This document shows, in pieces, positions 13,108-24,820 of a stretch of DNA of 64,000 bases. Each line of letters starts with the position of its first letter. The stretch's first letter is position 1. The position numbers and the translations under genes are program-made. Under the pieces are notes generated by a model. It did not search any database. It saw only the letters and a program-made list of their open reading frames with translations, and had not been told where the DNA came from. This DNA comes from Dicyema japonicum. Taxonomy: Eukaryota; Animalia; Dicyemida. The stretch lies in NCBI GenBank assembly GCA_011109175.1, contig RDEW01000038.1, positions 185,183-249,182 on the forward strand, written 5' to 3'.

Positions 13108-14696
13108 TTAATGATGATGGTTCTTTTCCATCTAAAATTTAAAGCCACGTGCTGACCATCTCAATAAACTTCTTCATATCAAAACATTTAAACAAATGTT
13201 CTCCATTAACATCAATCATCCTTCTCAGCTCTTCATCATTTACATTTCCTAGTTCCCCAGAATTCCTTATAATGGTCATAATCCTGCTTCTCATGTCCAT
13301 TTGACCATGAGCAATAGACTGCATAAACTGATAAGGAATCTGCTGAGGTCTGTACCTCTGATCCATCATTTGTGGGTCTACAACATAAAACCATTAATAC
13401 GTATATGAGGAAATCTAGCCATATCAAACTGCATTCTAGGATGTCCAGAGAATCTCATATCACTCGCAACAAATTTTTGCATCAAAAGATCGGATTGCTT
13501 ATAATCTCCTCTTTCAGGTTGATGCGCCATTGGTATCTCCGTCCTCGGCTGTGGAATATTAGGTTTACGATCGCATCTGTATTGGAAAAATGTCACATAA
13601 AGTTTCTTCCCCTTGTTTCCCGCGCCCAATTTATCGGATCCGTTCAGTTCATTCATGGCTCTGTCGGCGTCCTCGTGGGATTTGAAGTTGACATATCCAA
13701 ACCCCTTACTAACTCCCCTCTCTTTAGCAATCTTCGAGTTCCTCAGTGGTCCATACGCCTTGAATACCTCCTGAAATTCTTCGTCAGTTGTCTTCTTATC
13801 GAAATTCTTCACATACAGGTTCGTCACTAAGTCAGGATCCCTCTGCAGGTTCACCAAGTGCAAATTCCTGTCCAGTCGATTATAACTGCGGTTTATTCTG
13901 AGCACAAATTCATCAACTTCCTTCCCATTGAGAGCATTAATAGCCTAAAATAGACCCCCCTGCTTACATCCTTCCCACTCTGCTCGTCCTTGAAGGCCAC
14001 AAAGCCATAGCAGGTCCTGTTCTCGCTGACACTCTTGAAGACCCGCACTGAGATGATCTCCCCATAAGGTTTAAACACCTCGATAAGTTTTTCGTCGTCC
14101 CAATCGTTGAATCCAGAGACTTTGAGGTTAAACAATGTCTTCCTGCTACCTCTGGGCTTGAATCCTTCGCATTTACTACAAAACTGCTAAAAATAAACTT
14201 ACATAACTGATTCCCCAAATCTGTGGTTATCCATAGTCAAACAGGCAGTCTTGGCGTCCTTCTCATGTTCAAACTGAACGTATCCATAACCCAAAGACTC
14301 TCCATTGGTATTGTAGGTGATCTTGAATGAGACCACAGGGCCGAAAAGTGAGAAAAGTTCGCCAAATTCGCTGGTTTCATAGGTCTTGGGAATTCCTTTA
14401 ACAAACAGGTTGGCTGGGTCCTGTTTGTGTGTTGTCTGGTAAGGGCGAGCCCACATAACTCGCATGGGGACTCCATTTATCTTATAATGATTAAATTTCT
14501 CAATTGCAGCGTCGCAGGCCTTTGCTGTTGAGTAGTTAACGAAGGCATATTTTGTGTTGTGTTTGCTCTTCGAAATATTAAGCTTAATGTCCTGACAACC
14601 ATCAATTGTTTTTAATTTGTTGTACAAATCCTCTTGTGTAACAGATTTGTCCAAATCTCCAATATAAAGTGTGAATGAACTACGACTAGTCGCCAT
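13108..14696 (-). CDS. PABPC: Cytoplasmic poly(A)-binding protein, 4 RRMs plus divergent C-terminal domain (~496 aa)
   Basis: LYIGDL/YAFVNY, NLFVKG/GYGYVQF, CYGFVAF, NLYVKN/KGFGYVNF. Introns of 27, 23, 23 and 25 nt restore one frame. Confidence 0.9.
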
Positions 14697-15429
14697 GTGT
14701 TGTTTAAATTGATAATTTATTTTTTAAATAATAATTATTTTTATTTTTTAATTAAAATATAATTAATATAAAAATATTGTTTTCAAACGCCATTTATATG
14801 TAATTTTTGTAAAATTAATCTATGGTAATATTATTAATTATTATTGATCTTTTTAATAGAGAACAAAAAAATTGTTTATTCAAGATTGCATAAGTATTAA
14901 ACAGTTTAAATTATTAGTATTATTTCATTATTTCGTCATTAAATATTTTTTTGTTTCTAATTTTAATAACTTAGATTATACTTGAGTATTATTTGAATGT
15001 AATTCTTTTTCATATCTTTTATTATACTTGACTGGGTCGCAGCTACTGTGTCATAGTCGAAACCAAGAGATTCCTGTAGTAGTGGCGTATGAATTATGGA
15101 TAGCATATTGCTAAATTGTGTTTTGTATGACTTTGTAGTTTTTTTTGTTATTGACAGTATGTCTGGCATNTTGTTTCTAATTTTAATAACTTAGATTATA
15201 CTTGAGTATTATTTGAATGTAATTCTTTTTCATATCTTTTATTATATTTGACTGGGTCGCAGCTACTGTTTCATAGTCGAAACCAAGAGATTCCTGTAGT
15301 AGTGGCGTATGAATTATGGATAGCATATTGCTAAATTGTGTTTTGTATGACTTTGTAGTTTTTTTTGTTATTGACAGTATGTCTAGCATTTACTGCCGTC
15401 AAAAGATCTCTCACAGAAGGTAAAATGCC

Positions 15430-17370
15430 TGTAACCATCTTATGTATGCATTCGCGGGTGTTGTAGAGTCAATTTGCTTGTGAATGCAAACTAAACTATT
15501 AGACTAAATAATTAAGAGTTCGATAGCGAATAAATACCGTAAGGAAAGTTTTAAATGGGTAAGGGTCCTGTGGTTACTCAAAGTATTACTTTGAGTAACA
15601 GCTGTAATGAGTGTTAGATTCCAATAGTAGTAAATCTAACGAAATGAGTAATCTGCAGAATCATCTCCCAAAATGATTAGACTCTTTTTTGATCCTACAG
15701 TTGCGGAAGGAGTGGTTAGCTAGTGTGACAAGACCCAAAAATGACAAACTAGTTAAATGAATTTTTTGGAAATACTGGTGGAGGCATATCACGGGTTTAT
15801 GTAAAAATAGATTCTCGTAGTCGCTAATAGAAACGATATTCAATACTCATTGAAATTTTTCTCAGGATAGCTAACACTCGAGGCTAGCCTCATTTGTTAA
15901 AGCGAGTGATTAAAGGATTTGTAGTTATACTGATCTAAATTACTCTTAGATTTTAATAAGAAGTGCAGTCTATTTTAGTTTAGGAAAGTGGGTCAATAAT
16001 GGTAATTAAGAAAGCCATTGTGAGAAGAATCGAACGTTCGGCTGGGTATTTGAGTTGAAACGCTTAAGAATAATATGGGTATTAATTGGATATGAACTAG
16101 TTGATCGTAAGGCCGTTTAAAAGACAATGAAATGGCTGTTTGACCCAAAATATGAATAGGAATGGAGTTAATATTCCTAAACCTCGCTGATTGTTTATAT
16201 GATGAACTTTCGTTACTTTCTAACATTTCAGGAAGAGTTTTCTAAAAAAATCAAATTCACCTGAAGTCGTCTATCATAATGACCTTATCCAGTTTTTTTC
16301 CTGTTGAGACATGTCTGTCATTTCACAAAACGTCTGTAGAATTTTAGCATTTACGTGGGCTGTTCCTACAACCCCAGTAGGTATCCAAAGTTAAATAGAT
16401 AAATGTTGATAAGGGAAGGCAAAGTAGCTCTGTTCGTTTGGTAGAAGGATATGCTCTATGGGTTATATCGATCTGTATTTGTTGTGTCCATTGATTAACG
16501 ACGGCAAAGTAGCTCTGTTCGTTTGGTAGAAGGATATGCTCTATGGGTTATATCGATCTGTATTTGTTGTGTCCATTGATTAACGAGATTTTCACTTTCC
16601 ATATCAGCACCCTAGAGAGACCACACGCAGAATAATCGTCACAAGGGATTTAAAAGAAGACCATCTTGAGCTTGCTATCTATGATTGGAAATATAAGAGA
16701 AATTGGAACATAACGTAGATGGTAGTTGTAATATCACTACCTCAGTTGTTTTCTTACTAATCAATATTAGATAAAGGCGATGGAAAAGTTACCACATGGA
16801 TAATGTGGTTACAAACGTACACAACGACGACACATTTTTATACGTCGATGTTGAGTCTGTCAATCACAAATCTCAACGTCTTATCTGCTCACTAACAGAG
16901 AAAATGGACTGAGTTTAGCTCATCGTGAGAGATTAGTCATAATTCACTGTTTTGGCATCGTCCCAGCATTAATTCTGAAAATTACGAGAAAAATTGATGA
17001 GTCAGATATATGGCTCACGTGCCTAACTGAAAACTCTGTAAGGCTAGTTTATCGATTGAAAGATAAGAAAATGCCTTCAAGTTAGAATCTCCTACCATTA
17101 TTTCATTGTCGAGAACTCTGATAAATTTAGGCAGTAACAGTAAATCGCATTAGGGCGCTGTGTTTACTCACATGGAGTAGCATTTATTACCATGATAACT
17201 GTAAGTAAAATAACTGTTTGGCGGGGATCTACTGAGGGCATCTTTAGCCAAGGATATGCCTGCTTGTTAGATGGTTTTTAGATGGGTACTTATGGCTCAA
17301 ACTATGAGAAAAGATTGACGGTTAATTGAGGCTTGGAGTAAATTTTCTATTTTACATTCATGGACTTTCA
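15430..17370 (+). other. Candidate endogenous viral element: RdRp core of an ophiovirus (Aspiviridae)-like L protein, degraded
   Basis: FLYVDVESVNHKSQ (~16835-16876) resembles recalled ophiovirus motif A LLLDIEGHNQSMQ. LMSQIYG and GSTEGIFSQGY (17225-17257) follow, the latter resembling motif B GGIEG. Many stops and frameshifts; motif C not found. Confidence 0.5.
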
Positions 17371-18149
17371 TTAGTAAATCTTATTTGTATGCTTTTGTCT
17401 GATGTATTGGAAAATTGGCCACGTAAAAATCATTAGACAATGTGGGATCAATATTAATATATGAAAAGAGTGTAGTTTGGGCTTAGAAGTTCTTTGAAAA
17501 TTGTAAGCTGAAAGCTGAAAGCCAATATTCATTTTAATTGAAAGGAAGGCATAATGCATAGTAACTGTCCTGATTTTCTGCTAAATTCACACGATCTGCC
17601 ATCCAATAAATGACTATGTGGATTTTTCGGCTTCTGAATATTCAAGTTGCTAGAGGTGTAAAACCTATTGGCTATGTCAGAATTGGACAGGCGGTCCAAA
17701 TGGGCGATCTCGGTGAGCCCAAACAAACCTATGAACATAGTAGTCTAACGAGGGGTCCCGGGGCTCCAAACAAGCCGCTATAAATGGCTAAACTTGTGAA
17801 AACCCTCTAGTGGGTAAAGGGGGACCATTTTCTATATTANTCGGTGAGTCCAAACAAACCTATGAACATGGTAGTCTAACGGGGGTCCCGGGGGGTCCAA
17901 ACAAACCGCTATAAATGGCTAAACTTGTTAAAACCCTCTAGTGGGTAAAGGGGGACCATTTTCTATGTTATAGCTGATATGAGTAAGAGTTGTACAGAAT
18001 CAACTTTCGTAGGTCTTTTTGTTCCTCAGCTGTAGGTTGGTGGTTATTATTATCTGATTATGATCTATTGGAGATTATAAAGAACGTCTCATTGATCGTC
18101 GACCGCTAATATAGTATGGAGTCATCGGTGTCTTACGGTAATATGTCAG

Positions 18150-19371
18150 AAGTACCAAAAAAACAATGTATATTTTGGGAGTCGACTTATCGAAAGCATT
18201 CGACCATGTCTGCCGAGATAAACTACTGCAAGTTCTCAAAGACATAATTGATGAGGACTGTTTGAGGATTGTGCGTTTTTTGCTGGCTGACACGAGCCTC
18301 ATAGTAAAAGTGGGGAAGGGCTATTCGGAAAAATTCACGACACGGATTGCTACTCCTCAGTGCGTTTTTTGCTGGCTGACACGAGCCTCATAGTAAAAGT
18401 GGGGAAGGGCTATTCGGAAAAATTCACGACCGGGATTGCTACTCCTCAAGGGGACTCGCTTTGCAATCTATTTGGAAGCTGCGTTGAGGGACGTTAGAAA
18501 AGAATTGGGTCACTTAAATAATCATTTTGTAGAATTAATATATGCTGATGACATCGATTTTGTGTCTGAGAATGTGGAGATACTAAGAACTGCAGTAGAT
18601 AAAGCCACAACGGTTCTGGAGAGGTGGTCTTTGAAGATCAATTCAGAAAAAACAGAGTTAACTTCGATTCAGCAGTTATCGACACGGATTGATGAGAAAT
18701 GGAGGTTTACTAAAAGGCTCGGCTCGTTTTTTGGTGATGCTGAGGACATTGCTCGTAGAAAGATGTTGGCATCGTGTGCATTGAAAAAGATGTGGAGTAT
18801 TTGGACTCTCAGAAAACTTCTCCTTAAATCTTCTGATGCGCTTATATAACGCGTTCATACAACCAGTCCTATTAAATAACTCGGGAACATGGAGAACTTC
18901 AAAAAGTGACCATTGACAGACTAGACACATTTCATAGAAATCAATTGAGAAAAATTGCGGGAATCAAATGGCCACATATTATCAAAAACGACGCTCTCTA
19001 TAAATTATGTAAATGCAAACCGATAAGCAGAGAAGTAATTACCTCACACTGGCGACTCTTCGGACATGTTCTGAGAATGGACGAAGTGATTCCTTGCAAT
19101 CAAATCATGGAAGATTACTATTCAAGTCACGGAATTGGATTTCGGGGTCGGCCAAGATGTAAGCTTCCCCTCTGCCTTAATAACGATTACGCACGAATTG
19201 GCGGTCAACTCAAAACTGGAGACGATCTTGAGGATATTCGTAAACGCGCGAGAAACAGAGCTAGATGGAGAGGGCTGACTGGGAGAATAGTCGAGTGTAC
19301 GGCACGAGTGAACCCCTAGGCATTTTACATGCTCATGGCAACTCGGAAGTGCTATTAACTAACTAACTAAC
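18150..19371 (+). mobile_element. RTE-clade LINE, 5'-truncated
   Basis: DLSKAFD, YADD, HWRLFGHVLR, GRPR; 3' hairpin and (TAAC)n tail. Confidence 0.9.
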
Positions 19372-20230
19372 ATTGATCGTTGAAAGCTAGAATTGGAGAA
19401 GGTCCGCATTCAATTGAAAAAGGGAAGTAAGTTCGGCGTGTAATAGCTAGCAAATGAGAAGTCGGAATCTTCTCAATAGTGAAACGAATCTTCTTGATAT
19501 TTACATAGATAGGCGCAAATCAAAATGAGAATCCTCCAATATGAAAGATTTATTAGAAGTCGGAATCTTCTCAATAGTGAAACGAATCTTCTTGATATTT
19601 ACATGGATAGGCGCAATTCAACATGAGAATCCTCCAATATGAAGGATTTATTGTATAAAGAAGAATCAGCAAATAGAATATATTCAGTAATAGAGTCACC
19701 CCATAGTGCTTCAGAAGGAAATCAGACTGGATAGCTAGTAGCTCATGAAATGTGGAGGTTCTTACTTTGATGTAGGGTTCGTTTCTTAGATAAGAGCAAT
19801 TTACCACAGAAAGTTGTGCAGGTCAGTCCAATTCTTGTAAAGTTCGTTGATGTTTAGATGGGCTGTAATTAACTTCCTGTGAGTTGACTTTGGTCCTGAG
19901 TTGGGTTCCATTGAAAATCTGATCAGACAAATCTTGGAACGGTTTCTTAGTGCTCGTTCCGCAGCCACTACCAAGCAAACTATTTGGTAGCTGTTTGGTA
20001 AAGGAGAGGAGTTGGCTTAGTTGACTACAAATGTAAGAAGTTTTCTCAACGACCAGGTTGCCCACATAAAAATTCACATTTTTATAACATTAGAAGGCCT
20101 ATTCCCTTTTCATGGTCCATCTTTGACTTCTACGTCACTCCAGATATACCTAACAGATCTCCGGGAATGTCCACTTTTTGTATTTAATTTCCTTTTAGCC
20201 ATCAAATTTCTTTACTTGAAGGGGCCAATT
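19372..20230 (-). other. Candidate endogenous viral element: L capping-domain-like fragment
   Basis: QLLSFTK..SKHQRTLQ..SYLRNE..GVTLLLN; internally similar to 7250-7420. Confidence 0.35.
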
Positions 20231-20313
20231 AAACTTAAATAGTTTTGACTCATTTTTTATTTTTATTAAATAAAAATTTTAAAATTAATATTTGAATACA
20301 TTGTTCTTTGTGG

Positions 20314-20553
20314 ATGAGTTTGGAAAATAAATACAGTAAGTATGCCTGCTATCGTTATGCCGAACAGTTAAAGTCATGCATTGATAAATCTGACTGTAAA
20401 AAAGTAAATGGAAATACTCGTTTATTTTGTTTTGAGAATATGAGTAGACCTGACGTACCAATAGAATGCAGGAATTTTTTTACTAGCTATCGACTTTGTA
20501 AAAATTCAACTTTTAATCCAACCAAACGATTTCGTGCAAGAGTACATGATTAA
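20314..20553 (+). CDS. COA5: Cytochrome c oxidase assembly factor 5 (Pet191), intronless
   Basis: Six Cys in Pet191-like spacing: ACYRYAEQLKSC..SDC..FC..VPIECRNFFTSYRLCK..TKRFR. Confidence 0.85.
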   Translation: MSLENKYSKYACYRYAEQLKSCIDKSDCKKVNGNTRLFCFENMSRPDVPIECRNFFTSYRLCKNSTFNPTKRFRARVHD

Positions 20554-20639
20554 ATTAATTTTATTTATTTTTTAAAGTTTTTTTGCTTTTTATTGTCAAG
20601 TAAACGACCACCTGGGCTTAAAAATCAATTTCATTCAAA

Positions 20640-20945
20640 ATTCCTAACAAATACGGATGATTTAAACAGACACGTGTGTATGTCAAAATCTCGACTTCTG
20701 TCTCATCTAAACGACCTGGGAGCTTGGATGACTTGGAATGGAGAAACTTTCTCTACGAATGTCAAGTAAAGATTATTCCCCTGCTTATGACCTGGGAAGG
20801 CACCGTCTAAAATGCTTCAAGAATTATATGGATGGACTGTCTATTGAAGGAGCAATGAGGACTTACATCCAATCAGTTGTGCTCATAAGAACTCTCGAAA
20901 GTATGTTAGTCGAACACAAGCACTGGATGATGGTTTCTGATGAAG
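20640..20945 (+). mobile_element. R4-clade C-terminal remnant
   Basis: VKIIPLLMTWEG..TYIQSVVLIRTLESMLVEH. Confidence 0.65.
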
Positions 20946-22184
20946 ATTCCGATAGTCCATTACAGGTTTCCGCTTCAGAAGAGAGGTGGAGAAGCAGGTC
21001 CACTCTCTTCAATTTTCATCATACGTCCTACCGTCTCAGACATCACTTCATTCTTAGGCGGAAGAGTCTTCATAATGGTAATCTTCGCCAGTGATCTAGG
21101 TCAAGGAGAGGTAAGAAAATCTCCTTTAACAACTCTGTCGTGATAAAAGGACTCATCACCTCATGGANGAACACAAGCACTGGATGATGGTTTCTGATGA
21201 AGATTCCGATAGTCCATTACAGGTTTCCGCTTCAGAAGAGAGGTGGAGAAGCAGGTCCGCTCTCTTCAATTTTCATCATACGTCCTACCGTCTCAGACAT
21301 CACTTCATTCTTAGTCGGAAGAGTCTTTATAATGGTAATTTTCGCCAGTGATCTAGGTCAAGGAGAGGTAAGAAAATCTCCTTTAACAACTCTGTCGTGA
21401 TAAAAGGACTCATCACCTCATGGATGGGATCTTTTTGACGAGAATTGACCTTCGCTGAAAAGTCCATCTTTGGTCAGTCAGATCTTATGTCATCAGAAGT
21501 TGGCCAGAAATCAACCACTATGGGGAACTTATTTCCATACAAAGATATCCAAGAATTCTGGGAGTGACCTTGGACCCCTTACTCTCTTTTTCTTAACATG
21601 TGAAGTTTGTTTAGGCAAAAGGTACATAGAAACTCGACATTATAAAAATAATTGTTAAACTCCAAGAACCAACCGTTACATGCCCACTTNCCAACCGTTA
21701 CATGCCGACTTCCTCACTCTCTGCGGTGCCTAATAAAATAGTTTCTTTCTGTTAGCAGTAAAAAAACACCGAAGCGTATAAATTAAGAAAAAAACTCACA
21801 CCTTTCCAAATTCTGCCGGAAGAGGAAAGTCTTGGATGCATAAAAACAGTAATATGGAGGAATATTACAAGGACTTTGCGCGCTTGTTGAAGTCTACCAG
21901 GATAACTTAAATAGTCGGTTTAACAATTTTTGTGTTCTTTTTTCAGAATTTAATTATAATAAAATTCAATTTTCACAAGACCCCAGGTGACGAATTTCCA
22001 CAATCTACCCCCAGTTTATCAGACTAACTCTTGTCTCTTCAAGTGTTGCAAAGTGGATGGGCATTTCCCGCATTTTTTCTCACAGGGCTCGTCCTCCTTC
22101 TAGTTGGCTAGTGGAAAACTCTTATTTTTTTCTTTAACCTAGTGATCCTAATAATAATGCACTTTACTAAATGTATTGCTCCTC

Positions 22185-22320
22185 CAAGACAGGAATTCCT
22201 CAATGAGATATTTACTGGTGACGGCGTCACTCGTCAAGCCAAAGCATCGTATAGGCGTGGAACCTTCAGTTGGAATGTACAGCAGCGAGATTCAAACCAG
22301 GGCCATCAAGCCTAAAGGGA
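22185..22320 (-). mobile_element. tRNA-derived SINE, degenerate partial copy
   Basis: Aligns to 23215-23340 (GACGGCGTCACTCGTCAA, CAGCAGCGAGATTC). Confidence 0.75.
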
Positions 22321-22409
22321 CAATGGATATAGCAATGAAATGTCCTGAAGAAATTGAAAATTCTACTCGAATCTTGCCTTGGTCATGGGAGATATACGTG
22401 CTTCCCCCA

Positions 22410-23110
22410 CAATTTCCTTGAAGGTGACTGGAACACAAAAATGGGAACATATCATAAAAAATTTAATTGGAGCTCATAGTAGAGAATGAGGAACCTTAAT
22501 GGTGCAACTCTGGCTAACTTTTGGTGTGCAATGTTCTGTGCACCATGGCATTCAAACATCCGGTGAGACACATGACCACTTAGGTGGAAAAATAAAAAAT
22601 CAGAACGGGGAGACAGTTCCCATTTACAATCAGATAGATTGAATAATCTTTAAAACAATTATTACACATGATTTAAACTAAAGTTGTTATGGCAAGTCTC
22701 CAGTACGCAATGGGAGTTACCTCTCATAATCGAGAGCCCAATGTTATGGAAAAGCTATCACGTTATTATATGTTCACCCTTTCGCTTCCCCGCAAGCCTT
22801 CCGATCAACCTGTAAACTCAGACGTGCTCGGAACAATAATACCAGACGTCTCAACGGAGATCGGCTGGAAAACGAACCGGTCCATGATGCCATGGTACAT
22901 CCTACTTTTTACATCTTCAGCAGTGCTTGCTGCGGAACTCGCGCGCAACGATGACTTGATCAAATTCCCATTAGAGAAAGTTTCCGAGCAGTTTGAATCC
23001 CAAGCAAGACACTTCCCTTAGCTCCACGGCATGGTTGTTACGCCATCCTGTCTCTTGCCATTACCTCTGTCAAGACCGACGGGTTTCATAAAGCAAGTAA
23101 ACCCGGTGTC
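22410..23110 (+). mobile_element. Adjacent LINE fragments (RTE-type APE piece, then an RT piece)
   Basis: GDWNTKMG and YNQID (APE), followed by degraded RT-like sequence. Confidence 0.5.
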
Positions 23111-23184
23111 TTCGATAGCTCTCATGAATATCGAGTTTAACATGGTGTGACGAGGGAATTTCCCGGAGCTCGGTCTGCATGACA

Positions 23185-23368
23185 GAGGGTGTAGTCCTTT
23201 CCCTAGATAATCCAGTTCCGCAGTGAGTATCCACTGATGACGGCGTCACTCGTCAAACCCTTTCTGCATCGTAGATGCGTGGAACCTTCCACCAGGTGAA
23301 CAGCAGCGAGATTCGAACACGTAGCCTAAGCCACTTAAGCCCGACACCTAACCACTATGCCACCCGGC
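23185..23368 (-). mobile_element. tRNA-derived SINE, intact 5' head and core
   Basis: GCCGGG-TGGCATAGTGG (A box)..GTTCGAATC (B box), then a core shared with other copies in the window. Confidence 0.85.
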
Positions 23369-23492
23369 TAATCGGTAGCTTTTTATCTCGGAAAAAGCAC
23401 TACTGTATCCCTACGAAAAATGTTTTTTTAAACAAAGATAATATAAAATCGAAAAATAAAGTTTATTTAAATTTCAAAAAAACAAAAAATAA

Positions 23493-24323
23493 TCAATTTT
23501 TTCGTCGTCTAAGTATTTCATCAAGCTCCACCAAGGCTTTCTGGTGAATTTTGCTAAAATGATGTAAAACATCACTACTATTGTTCCTTGGGATTCTTCC
23601 GCTGGGCGTTTACTTGAAGAAACATCAAATATAATTTCCCAGCAGAAAACCCAAAGTCTTTTCTAATTGTATGGATAAATACTCCTCCCGCAGTCCTTCT
23701 TCGCTTCCCATCCTAAAATTCTCAAAAAAACGATACAATTGTCATCATTCCACCATTTTGTTCGACCTCAGTGGTTTTGGAGAGAGCAGTCTCGGCAACT
23801 TCTTCCCCGGCAATTTCCACAATCCTGGCTAAAAATAAAAACTTTAAAATCATTGAAATAAATTGAATCGAAACAAACCAATTAACTCTAAGTTGGGTTC
23901 GTCCAGCTTTGTACAGATCTCTCTTGCCGTAATCAAAGACGACGGAGACAGTTTGTATCTGATTGGTTTCAATTTTGGCATGTTTTTGCAGAAAAAATTC
24001 TAAGTTTATAGAAATTGAAACTTTGATGACTATGGAAGGATCCTTTCTTGATTTATTTATTCCATTTTGGGAATCTAAGACATCGGGAGGGATCACAAAG
24101 GATTCAACTTCACGGTCAACTTGTGTCACGTTCTCAGGGACGGAGGCTAAACATAAAATCATTTTCTACCTTTTGAAAATAAGGAAAAATTTTCTAGTGC
24201 TATTTGAGCCCAAATATGTAAGTTTTGCTTCTTTTCATCACAATTCTGTTACTATCGCAAAAATAAAAGTACTTCTTCGCCACCATTATTATTATAACCA
24301 ACGTGGTCAGAGTTAAATGACAT
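23493..24323 (-). CDS. PHAX: Phosphorylated adaptor for RNA export (~219 aa)
   Basis: Spliced: HIWAQIALE..AREICTKLDEPNLELIARIVEIAG..TTEVEQNGGMMTIDGKRRRTAGGVFI (PHAX RNA-binding domain). Introns of 27, 23, 22, 50, 24 and 25 nt. Confidence 0.9.
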
Positions 24324-24820
24324 CACACAACAAATGAGAAGTGATCTAGTTTAAAATATCTTTTTATTTAATTATTTATTATCCTTAATTTTGGTAATTT
24401 TTATATTACAAAAATTGTTATTAGAAAGCACGAGGACATTTATCGCATATGCTATTGCATATTTAATTTATTTTCTTCATTTTAGCGTGACGTTATGTGG
24501 TTCACCGATTCTGTAAGTATTGGTATCTCCTAGAGGGCACCTAATGTCCCTCCAAAGAGAACCATTAAACATTTATCTCCGAGGAAACTGTCTCCTCGGC
24601 AGCACGCACTATCATCCTCATTTACCCGGAAGGAACCCCTAACCCACTTGGTAACCCCCAGAGGGCACCTAATGTTCCACCAAAGAGAACCATTAAACAT
24701 TTACCTCCGAGGAAACTGTCCTCTCGGCGGCACGCACTATCATCCTCATTTACCCGGAAGGAACNCGAGGACATTTATCGCATATGCTATTGCATATATA
24801 ATTTATTTTCTTCATTTTAG

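Noticed and set aside
16940-16985. IIHCFG as a hAT transposase CxxH motif
   Set aside because: Lacks the downstream His and other hAT motifs or TIRs; the context fits the RdRp-like reading better.
23234-23262. CTGATGA in the SINE core as a hammerhead ribozyme
   Set aside because: No GAAA after stem II (it reads GTCAAA), and it lies antisense to the Pol III boxes.
23295-23368. Functional tRNA gene
   Set aside because: No proper acceptor stem, and it continues into a multi-copy SINE body.
23570-23585. TAG reassignment suggested by an in-frame TAG in PHAX
   Set aside because: Resolved by a 25-nt intron; conserved exons of the resolved genes contain no internal stops.
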